The position numbers were made by a program, and so were the translations under genes. A stretch of 64,000 bases of DNA, taken from contig NW_021832282.1 in assembly GCF_006345805.1 (NCBI RefSeq), positions 1 to 64,000 of the forward strand, read 5' to 3'. Below, in pieces: positions 12,721 to 23,322 of this stretch (positions are counted from its first letter, which is position 1; the number at the start of each line of letters is the position of its first letter). The notes below the pieces were generated by a model. The model did not search any database and was not told the DNA's origin. It saw only the letters and a program-made list of their open reading frames with translations. Source of the DNA: Octopus sinensis. Lineage: Eukaryota.

Positions 12721-13404
12721 GAGAGTCTAACTACAAATGGTGAATGTGTTTATATAACAGATTCAAGAAACGATATTTTCCAGGTACCTCGACATATTGA
12801 AGAGGAAACATCTGAAAATATTGAAGTGCTGACACTTGAATATAATCCAAAATATTTAGTCCTCAGGGGTCATGATAATGAAGTCATCCAAGTTCTCGGT
12901 TTTGAGGTTCCAGAAAATTCTGTCATGGTTTTTGGAATTATTCTTGGATGTCAACCTTTTGATTTCTTTCATTATGACAAATAAATATTTTCAGAAATAT
13001 TAAACTTGAATATTGTTATCATTATTATTATTATTGTTGTTGTTGTTGTTGTTGTAAAATAGGTTCACCCAGGAATTGAACCTGGATTGCATACATTGCA
13101 TTCTTCCCACTAACAGTTATTGTTGTAACATTCCTCAACACACTCTATGTGTGTATATTTATATATAGTATATGTACATGTGTTTATATATATATATATA
13201 AACACATGTGACTTTTATTTGCTTTTTAAGGCTACAGCCAGCCATTCAGTTGAGACTCACAGCACCATCAACAACCATGAAGAATGTTGTTATCGTGCAA
13301 TGCCTGTGCAGGAAGATGTTTTTTAAAGTGAGGAAAGGCTGTGCACTGAGTCAATCCCACTCACTAAGCAACAGCAGCCATAATCCGAAAAGAAGAACAA
13401 GTCA

Positions 13405-13790
13405 ACATCATCGGTAACCACTGAGCCGCAGGTTTTATGCCGGAGTTATCCCAGTTACCTGAGTTACCTTCGCCTAGAAGGATGCCCTAACAAAGGCTAG
13501 GAGTCCTTCACTCCCAATGGTTTAACCGTGCGATCGGGTATTCAGTCCGATTATTTCTATGTCCCCGCGCATGATACAGCCTTAAGACATTTATTGGATG
13601 GCTGTTGACTCTCAAGAGTTCCTCTGCCCTTTAACGGGTTTTGTTTTTCATCCCGCAGGGTGTCCAATAAACACCCTCCTCACCAAGCATGCTTCGTGAG
13701 GTTGCCGGTTTAGTCGCCGCCGACCCGACCATGCAACAGGTTGTACTGGGTTGCATGTTACCAGTAGCACTTGAAAGTGACCTGACACAT
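13405..13790 (-). mobile_element. RTE-type 5' UTR-like structured element
   Basis: CTCCTAGCCTTTGTTAGGGCATCCTTCTAGGCGAAGG resembles the RTE 5' UTR motif (from memory); several adjacent hairpins. Confidence 0.45.
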
Positions 13791-14061
13791 ATATATGTAT
13801 GTATGTATATGTATATATATATAACAGGACATTATATATAACTATACATACACACACACACACACACACATATTTACATATGTATGTATACAGATAAGGC
13901 TATAAACATAAATATATCACTTTTGGATATATATAAACATAACAAGGTGCTCCAGCATGGCCGCATTCAAATGACTGAAACAAGTAAAAGAATGTGTAAC
14001 AGTTCTGGGATAATTTTGCAGCTATAATAAAATGTGTGTGTGTGTATATATATATATGTAT

Positions 14062-14259
14062 ACTCTTTTACTCTTTTACTTGTTTCAGTCATTTGACTGC
14101 ACCCATGCTGGAGCACTGCCTTTAGTTGAGCAAATCGACCCCGGGACTTATTCTTTGTAAGCCCAGTACTTATTCTATCGGTCTCATTTTTGCCGAACCG
14201 CTAAGTGACGGGGACGTAAACACACCAGCATCGGTTGTCAAGCAATGCTAGGGGGACAA

Positions 14260-14302
<43 letters not shown>

Positions 14303-14460
14303 CGACAGGCTTCTTTCAGTTTCTGTCTACCAAATCCACTCACAAGGCATTGGTCGGCCCGGGGCTATAGCAGAAGACACTTGCCCAAGATGCCACGCAG
14401 TGGGACTGAACCCGGAACCATGTGGTTGGTAAACAAGCCACTTACCACACAGCCACTCCA
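14062..14460 (-). mobile_element. SINE A
   Basis: Matches family consensus. Confidence 0.9.
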
Positions 14461-14495
14461 GTATATATATATTTATACACACACACACATATATA

Positions 14496-14526
<31 letters not shown>

Positions 14527-14553
14527 ACTATGACTTAACTATCCTCTCACACT

Positions 14554-14602
14554 GTCTCCGATGAAGGGATATTAATTGATATCCTAGAAACAGCTGTAAG
14601 AC
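14554..14602 (+). ncRNA. Variant type I hammerhead motif
   Basis: GUCU CCGAUGA A-GGGAUAU..AUAUCCU-A GAAA C-AGCU-GUA AGAC. U4C core variant and an A-A mismatch closing stem II. Confidence 0.5.
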
Positions 14603-14789
14603 CTTCTCTCTATAAATGCTCTAATATCTACACAGCCTTCGTTTTTTTTATCTTATTACGCAAAAAATTCTTATATATATATATATAAATATATATATAC
14701 ACATACATATATATATAATAATGCAATACAAATGTATTACTTTCCAGTAAAAGATAGCCCATAAGGGTAAAATTATGCATATAAAAGTA

Positions 14790-14856
14790 GGTAAATGGTA
14801 CTATTTACCTACTTTTATACATATATATATATATACATATATATATATAATATATA

Positions 14857-14887
<31 letters not shown>

Positions 14888-15565
14888 CATAAATGTATAT
14901 ATATATACATAAATGTATATATATATATACATAAATGTATATATATATATATATACATAATGTATATATCATCATCATCATCATCATCGTTTAACGTCCG
15001 CTTTCCATGCTAGCATGGTTGGACGGTTCAACTGGGGTCTGGCAAGCCCGAAGGCTGCACCAGGCCAGTCAGATCTGGCAGTGTTTCTACAGCTGGATGC
15101 CCTTCCTAACGCCAACCACTCCGAGAGTGTATATATACATAAATGTATATATATATATATATATACATGTATAATATATATATATATACATGTATATATA
15201 TATATATAATATATATATATAATATATATATTATATATATATATACATACATGTAATATATATATATATACATGTATATATATATATATATACATACATG
15301 TGTATATATATATATATATATATACATACACACATATACATATATATATACATATGTATACACATATATAAATATATATATAGTAATGTGTGTACATATA
15401 TGAATATATATGTATATGAATATATGCATGTATATATATATATATATACATACATATATATATATATTATATATATATATATACACATACATATATATAT
15501 ATATATATATACATATGTATACACATATATAAATATATATATACATAAATGTATATATATATAAT

Positions 15566-15597
<32 letters not shown>

Positions 15598-15660
15598 TAT
15601 ATATATATACATATATATGTGTGAATATATATACATACGCGCGCGCACACACATACACAC
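14790..15660. repeat. (TA)n/(TACA)n microsatellite tract
   Basis: Low-complexity AT tract with a family D insert. Confidence 0.9.
14968..15130 (-). mobile_element. Retroposon family D with (GAT)n tail
   Basis: GGAGTGGTTGGCGTTAGGAAGGGCATCCAGCTGTAG..GGACGTTAAACGATGATGAT; further copies listed separately. Confidence 0.75.
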
Positions 15661-15899
15661 ATATATGTATATAAAGGATTATTATCATGGTAAAATCTTG
15701 TTGGAAAAACACAAATTTAAAGAAATTTTGCGAGAAGTAACGGGTGAATGTACTTTGTTCGTTTCGTCGCCTGGGCATTGCCGACCAGTATAAACGTTTC
15801 CATCTTCAGTTTGTGATTTCAGACTGTATCGATCTTACAATGAAAGTGTTCGAAGAATAACGAAACAACATTTTTTACTTTGAACGTAGTTTTCATAGC

Positions 15900-16113
15900 A
15901 GAAGTCAAGAGATAAGAGAGAAGGGTGTGTGACAACTTCCGGAATTTTTCTACGTTTCGTCTTTTTTTCCTGGTCAAGTTTTGTAATATCTGTTGCGAAA
16001 TTTCAGTTGCTGGATCAAATTAAACCCAAAAAAAGAATAACAAAAATTAGAAAAATTGGACTAAATTAGAGAAAAATTCAATTTGAGAAATTTCAGGAGA
16101 AATACAAGTAAGT
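15900..16113 (+). promoter_or_regulatory. Candidate promoter and non-coding first exon of the + strand ZNF gene
   Basis: Non-repetitive, CpG-richer segment with ETS motif ACTTCCGG (15935-15942) and consensus donor CAA/GTAAGT (GT at 16108). Confidence 0.5.
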
Positions 16114-16364
16114 CTTTTATTCAGCAGTGGGTAATTAATGGTTGGTTTGATTGATAAATTGATTGTATAATGCAATTAGTGTTAGGTACGTGGCCTTATC
16201 TAGTAATAAATGTCTTGATTAATTTAATAAATTTGTGTAATATAATTAGCATTAATTAATTATGAAGTGTTCACTGTATTTACCCAAGTAAAGTAGTGAA
16301 TGAATTACAATTTGTCTAATTAATTGCGGCATTAATTGTATAATATAATTAGTATAAGCGGTAT

Positions 16365-16545
16365 TTCAGCTGTCGCTGGGTTCTGAGTTCAAATTCCGCC
16401 GAGGTCGACTTTGCCTTTCATCCTTTCGGGGTCGATTAAATAAGTACCAGTTACGCACTGGTGTCGATTTAATCGACTTAATACCTATGTCTGTCCTTGT
16501 TTGTCCCCTCTGTGTTTAGCCCCTTGTGGGTAGTAAAAAAATAGG
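16365..16545 (+). mobile_element. SINE family E (Meta/MESC-like central domain)
   Basis: GAGGTCGACTTTGCCTTTCATCCTTTCGGGGTCGAT(T)AAATAAGTACC; domain name from memory. Confidence 0.75.
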
Positions 16546-17657
16546 TATAATAATTAGCAATTGAACACTACGGTCGATGCTAGTATTGTACCCAAATTTG
16601 AAATCATTAATCGCGTGGCTTATATTATATACTTACCCAAGTATAGTAATTAATTAATTACTACTATTGCTAATTACTAAATTCATTAATTACTATACTT
16701 ACCCAAGTATAGTATTATGTAGTTTCCACATTACTTATCCAAGTATAGTAATGATTGAATTAAAATTCAATTAATTATATATAACACTTAATTATTATAA
16801 GTAATTATGTTGTCTTTAGCCTTCACTATTTACCAAAGTACAGTAATGAATTAATTACAATTTGATTAATTGTGAATGTAATTAGTATTAAACATGTGGC
16901 CTTCACTGTAGTTACCTAAGTATAGTAATGATTAAATTACAATTGAATTAATTAATTATATTAGTTTTTATGTTGTTATAACCTCCACTATTTATCTCTC
17001 AAAGTATATTAATTAATGAATTACAATTTGATGAATTAATTGTATAATATAATTAGTACTAATTATGTAACAGACCGATAGAATAAGTACTAGGCTTACA
17101 AAGAATAAGTCCTGGGGTCGATTTGCTCGACTAAAGGCAGTGCTCCAGCATGGCCACAGTCAAAAGACTAAAACTAGTAAAAGAGTATACCGAAAAAATG
17201 CCATGTATATATATATGTGTGTATATATATATATATAGATATCTGCTGCGTGAGCGTATTTGTGTTTGCCTCCTTCCATCGCCGGTGCTGGTGTGTTTAC
17301 ATCCCCGAAGCTTAGCGGGTTTATCAATAGTAGCTGATAAAATAAGTACTACACTTTAAAAAAAAAAGCCCTGGGGTTGATTTGTTCGACTAAAATCCTT
17401 CGAGGCAGTGTTCCAACACGGCCCCATTCAAACGAGAGACACAAATAAAATATGTATCGTTTTTCTTCACTGTGATATCGTATGAATCATTTAATATCTA
17501 TTGTCACTTAAGCGTGGGAATAGATATTACCTTTCGCTAATAAATACTACCTCTGTTGCTAATATTTCTATTTTTAACAACTTGAATGTAATTCGTTTTT
17601 ATTTACTTACATCGTCCTTCGTTCGTTATTGTACTGGCGTAAATAAAAACCACGAAC

Positions 17658-17980
17658 TGGCTGTGTGGAAGTAGCTTGCTAACCAACCACATGGTTCCGG
17701 GTTCAGTCCCACTGCGTGGCATCTTGGGCAAGTGTCTTCTGCTATAGCCCCGGGCCGACCAATGTCTTGTGAGTGGATTTGGTACACGGAAACTGAAAGA
17801 AGCCCGTCGTATATATGTATATATATATATGTATGTGTGTGTGTGTGTTTGAATGTCTGCTGTGTTTGTCCTCCTAGCATTGCTTGACAACCGATGCTGG
17901 TGTGTTTACGTCCCCGTCACTTAACGGTTCGGCAAAAGAGACCGATAGAATAAGGACTGAAACAAGTAAAAGAGTAAAAC
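17658..17980 (+). mobile_element. SINE A with internal deletion
   Basis: Matches family consensus; part of the 3' region is missing. Confidence 0.85.
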
Positions 17981-18035
17981 TAATTATATTATACAATTAA
18001 TTAATCAACCTGTAATCCACTCATTTCTATACTTA

Positions 18036-18275
18036 CACTCTCTTTTACTCTTTTACTTGTTTCAGTCATTTGACTGCAGCCATGCTGGAGCACCGCCTTT
18101 AATCGAGCAACTCGACCCCGGGACTTATTCTTTTGTAAGCCCAGTACTTATTCTATCGGTCTCTTTTGCCGAACCGCTAAGTGACGGGGACATAAACACA
18201 CCAGCATCGGTTGTCAAGCAATGCTAGGGGGACAAACACAGACCACACCACACGCATATATATATATAATATATA

Positions 18276-18321
<46 letters not shown>

Positions 18322-18476
18322 GACGGGCTTCTTTCAGTTTCCATCTACCAAATCCACTCACAAGGCATTGGTCAGCCCGAGGCTATAGTAGACACTTGCC
18401 CAAGGTGCCACGCAGTGGGACTGAACCCGGAACCCTGTAGTTGGTAAGCAAGCTACTTACCACACAGCCACTCCTA
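18036..18476 (-). mobile_element. SINE A
   Basis: Matches family consensus; tail-to-tail with the previous copy. Confidence 0.9.
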
Positions 18477-18724
18477 AGCTATATACATACACACATATAT
18501 ATATATATATATACGATTGGCTTCTTTCAGTTTCCTTCTACCAAATCCACTCACAAGGCTTTGATCGGTCCTACTGATGTTCAGCCCCAAATTTTTAGGT
18601 ATTTTAGCTGCTTCCTTCGGCCAACTTTGATCTCCCAGCTTTTATTAATCCTGTACTGTGCAGGATATCAGTAAACTAATCTGGCAATAGCAAAAATTTG
18701 AAGTTTTTGCACGTATATTAATGT

Positions 18725-20380
18725 GTATTTTAAGAGATCTTCGACCATTAATGCCCAGAAATTCGGTGTTATACTTGTGTTTATAATAAATATATTTCCA
18801 CTGTAGCTTTATTATAAATTTTGTTGTCTAGGAAGAGCCATACTGCGTTAATATCTGACACACCCACTGATTCACTTTCCGTTCATTTATTATATATATT
18901 TTTTCTTTTCCAAAATTTTCGTTGCTTCTACAACCTTGTCAGTGGATATATTTTCGAGGGTACGTACACACATACGTACGTATGTATGAGTAGATAGATT
19001 GATAGAACAAGACAAACCTAGATAATTAATTAATTATTGTCTGTCACCACATACCCGTAGTCTGTATTTTAAGAGATCTTCGACCATTAATGCCCAGAAG
19101 TTCGGTGGTATACTTGTGTTTATAATAAATCTATTTCTAATGTAGCTTTATTATAAATTTTGTTGTCTGGGGAGAGACCACAGCTCTTCAATATCCCCCC
19201 GAAGAACCTGAGAGACCTGTATTGGGTGGATGCAGATGTCTTTAAAATAAAGCTGGACCTCTTCCTGTCAGGTGTCCCAGATGAACCAACTTCACGGCAA
19301 GAGGTGCAGATGAGGGCAGCTGCATCGAACTCTCTCATGCACCAAATGGCAATTGCTAAAAAGCATTCGTGAAGTAAAATTATGTAGCAACACCAAATGG
19401 CGGTGCCCCAGCATGGCCACAGCTCGTGAGCTGAAACTAGATAAAATAAAAAAAAAAAAATAAATAAATACTGCTTTGATATCTAACACACCCACCGATT
19501 CACTTTCCGTTCATTTATTATATATATTTTTTCTCTTCCAAAATTTTCGCTGCTTCTACAACCTTGTCAGTGGATATATTTTCGAGGGTACGTACACACG
19601 TACGTACGTATGTATGAGTAGATAGATTGATAGAACAAGACAAACATAGATAATTAATTAATTCATTATTGTCTGTCATCACATACCCGTAGTCTGTATT
19701 TTAAGAGATCTTCGACCATTAATGCCCAGAAATTCGGTGTTATACTTGCGTTTATAATAAATCTATTTCCACTGTAGCTTTATTATAAATTTTGCTGCCT
19801 GGGGAGAGCCAAGCTGCCTTAATAATATCTGACACACCCACCGATTCACTTTCCGTTCGTTTATTATTTATATTTTTTTCTGTTCCAAAATTTTCGTTGC
19901 TTTAGCAACCATTTCAATAGATATACTTTTTGGGATATACTTTTGAGGGTACGTACATATGTATGAGTAGATAGATTGACAGAACAAGACAAACATAGAT
20001 AATTAATTAATTATTGTGTCATCACATACCCGTAGTCTGTATTTTAAGAGATCTTTGACCATTAATGCCCAGAAATTCGGTGTTATACTTGCGTTTATAA
20101 TAAATCTATTTCCACTGTAGCTTTATTATAAATTTTGCTGTCTAGGAAGAGCCAAGCTGCCTTAATAATATCTGACACACCCACCGATTCACTTTCCGTT
20201 CATTTATTATATATATTTTTATTTTCTAAAGTTTTCGTTGCGTTTGCAACCTTGTCAATGGATATACTTTTGAGGGTACGTACGTAAGTACGTATGAGTA
20301 GATAGATTGATAGAACAAGACAAACAGATAATTAATTAATTAATTAATTAATTATTGTCTGTCATCTCATATCCGTAGTC
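18725..20380. repeat. About 340-bp tandem repeat, 4 units; unit 2 carries a LINE
   Basis: Starts at 18725, 19064, 19696, 20039. Confidence 0.9.
19175..19468 (+). mobile_element. 5'-truncated CR1-group LINE, second family
   Basis: PQLFNIPPKNLRDL..VFKIKLDLFLSGVPDEP..RAAASNSL, stop 19372, 3' UTR hairpin, A-rich tail. Confidence 0.8.
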
Positions 20381-20399
20381 ATTCCTTAACCTTGCCTCG

Positions 20400-20597
20400 C
20401 GTCGTATCAGCTGACCAAAACTGACCAATGAAAATCCAGCAATTCGTCCACCGCTGTTGTGTGTTTATCCCAGAAATACTTCATTCATTAATTATTATCT
20501 CCGGCCTTCTTCGTTCCGATTGAAATGTGAAGATCGAACCTTCTTATATATCACCTAACTATTATTACCGACGTAGATTTATTGATACGAGGTAATT
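20400..20597 (+). promoter_or_regulatory. Candidate alternative promoter/first exon
   Basis: CpG-richer unique segment with CCAAT (about 20427) and donor GAG/GTAATT (GT at 20592). Confidence 0.3.
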
Positions 20598-20794
20598 TTC
20601 ATTTATGTTTTTCTTTGTTCTCGTTCAATTGTCTTTTTCTTCATTCACCAATAATCAGTATAAACGTTTCATTTTTCGTTCATCTGTCATGAAATTCGTG
20701 TCACTCAGCCATCTGTGTATAATATTTAATATATACATTGCCGATAGGATCAGTAAATGCAGTATCTACAGAGTGTATACGTTAATTAAGCGTT

Positions 20795-21362
20795 AATTAA
20801 GCTACATTGAGGCGATCTTGACTAAATGTTGTCTCATTTGCTTGAACCGATTCGTATAATTTCTCTATAGCGACCTACCTTTAATCACTTCAATCAGGAT
20901 TGAGGATAGACCGAGAGGTGATTAACCAATAATTATGCTTACATTGAGGCTATCTTTATTAAATATTGTCTAATTTGTTTGAACCGATTCGTATAATTTC
21001 TATATATTGCGATCTACCTTTCATCATTAATCGTTTCAATCAGGATTGAGGATAGACCGAGGGCTGATTAACCAATAATTAAGCTACATTGAGGCTATCT
21101 TTATTAAATATTGTCTAATTTGCTTGAACCGATTCGTATAATTTCTATATATTGCGACCTACCTTTCATCATTAATCGTTTCAATCAGGATTGAGGATAG
21201 ACCGAGGGCTGATTAACAAATAATTATACTTACATTGAGGCGATCTTTATTAAATATTGTCTCAATTTGTTTGAACCGGTTCGTATAATTTCCCTATAGC
21301 GACCTACCTTTCATCATTAATCGTTTCAATCACGATTGAAGATGGACCGACAGGTGATTAGC
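20795..21362. repeat. About 140-146-bp tandem repeat, 4 units
   Basis: TACATTGAGG at 20803, 20940, 21085, 21231. Confidence 0.9.
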
Positions 21363-21899
21363 CAACATCGAGACACAAAGAGATCCTTTCCGAAGTCAAT
21401 CATGTGCTCGAAATAACAGCCAGATTTTCCCCCAATTTACACCTCTTCGAACTTCAAAAGAAATAATAGAAAAAAAAAATAATGAACAGTATTGAATAAT
21501 GCATCTTAGATTTGCCGTAGAAGAAAGAAGGAAGCCTAGGTTAATCAAAACTGGAATGATTTTAATCATTAGTCTGGTTATCAGTAGCTAATAACCATAT
21601 TGGTGTGCTTGGAGAAGAAGATGACGTTATAATAATCTATTCTGTAGATTAATATATGTGTTGTTACATAATAAAGCGCGGGCGTGGCCGTGTGGGTTTA
21701 GCAGTTCGCTTCTCGGGTCTGTGGTTTGGGGTTCGGTCTTACAGCATGTCATCTTGGACGATTGTCTTTTTGTATAGCCCCAGGCTGACCTGAACCCCGC
21801 GTGCGGATTTGGTAGGCGAAATCTGAAAGCAACCTATAGCGCGTGTGTGTGTGTGTGTAAAATCAACCACATATATTTCGTAGCTTGTTTCATATTTGA

Positions 21900-21918
21900 A
21901 TCTATCTATCTATCTATC

Positions 21919-22006
<88 letters not shown>

Positions 22007-22668
22007 ACTATCTATCTGTCTGTCTGTCTGTCTGTTTGACTATCTATCTGTCTATCTATCTGTCTATTTGTCTATCTATCTGTCTGTCTATTTGTCTATC
22101 TATCTGTCTGTCTATCTGTCTATCTATCTATCTATCTGTCCGTCTGTCTGTCTGTCTGTTTGACTATCTATCTGTCTATTTGTCTATCTATCTGTCTGTC
22201 TATCTATCTATCTGTCCGTCTGTCTGTCTGTCTATCTGTCTGTCTGTTTGACTATCTATCTGTCTATTTGTCTATCTATCTGTCTGTCTATTTGTCTATC
22301 TCTGTCTGTCTATCTGTCTATCTATCTATCTATCTGTCCGTCTGTCTATCTGTCTGTCTGTCTGTTTGACTATCTATCTGTCTATTTGTCTATCTATCTG
22401 TCTGTCTATCTATCTATCTGTCCGTCTGTCTGTCTGTCTATCTGTCTGTCTGTTTGACTATCTATCTGTCTATTTGTCTATCTATCTGTCTGTCTATTTG
22501 TCTATCTATCTGTCTGTCTATCTGTCTCTCTATCTATCTATCTGTCCGTCTGTCTGTCTGTCTATCTGTCTGTCTGTCTGTTTGACTATCTATCTGTCTG
22601 TCTATTTGTCTATCTATCTGTCTGTCTATCTGTCTATCTATCTATCTGTCCGTCTGTCTGTCTGTCTA

Positions 22669-22699
<31 letters not shown>

Positions 22700-22712
22700 A
22701 TCTGTCTGTCTA

Positions 22713-22755
<43 letters not shown>

Positions 22756-22795
22756 GTCTATCTAGATAGATAGATAGACAGACAGATAGATTAGA
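21900..22795. repeat. (TCTA/TCTG)n compound microsatellite
   Basis: Recurring GTTTGACTATC landmarks. Confidence 0.95.
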
Positions 22796-22929
22796 AGTAT
22801 TGGGGGTGATGTACATATTTAATACATATGAGAGAAAAAGGCGTTCAGAATGCTGGATGGTTGTATATAAAAATATATATATATTTATTTACATATCACA
22901 TATTATTTCTTCAAATCACATATTTAATT

Positions 22930-22962
<33 letters not shown>

Positions 22963-23287
22963 AATTTCGTTTGCAAGATTCTTTATGTGAATTCGTGTGT
23001 TGAAGCATGTTTTATTGTGTCTGGGGAGAATCATTCCCTTTTAGTGCCTTTATTTAACACACCCACAGGTTCGATTTCCACTCATTTTTACTTACTTTTC
23101 CTAAAACGTTCCTTGCGTCTTGCAACCTTTTCAATAGTCGTTAATTGAAAAAGTCTGCAAGACGCAAAGAAATTTTAAAAATCTAACCGCTGAGTGTTTT
23201 AAATAATAATATATGTGTATGTATATATATATATATATATATGTATGTGTACATATGAATGTGTATGTGTATATGTGTGTAAAGAAG

Positions 23288-23322
<35 letters not shown>

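Larger units (their letters stand above)
11019..12984 (+). pseudogene. Decayed third beta-propeller domain downstream of the 711-aa ORF
   Basis: Removing SINE 11173-11477, MITE 11793-12219 and SINE 12332-12720 restores blade-like peptides, e.g. DVGVTSFGDVVVV and FYIP-ESLTTNGECVYITDSRNDIFQV. Last segment 12721-12984 is open for 87 codons. Stops at 11016, 11556, 11783; two frameshifts. Confidence 0.7.
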
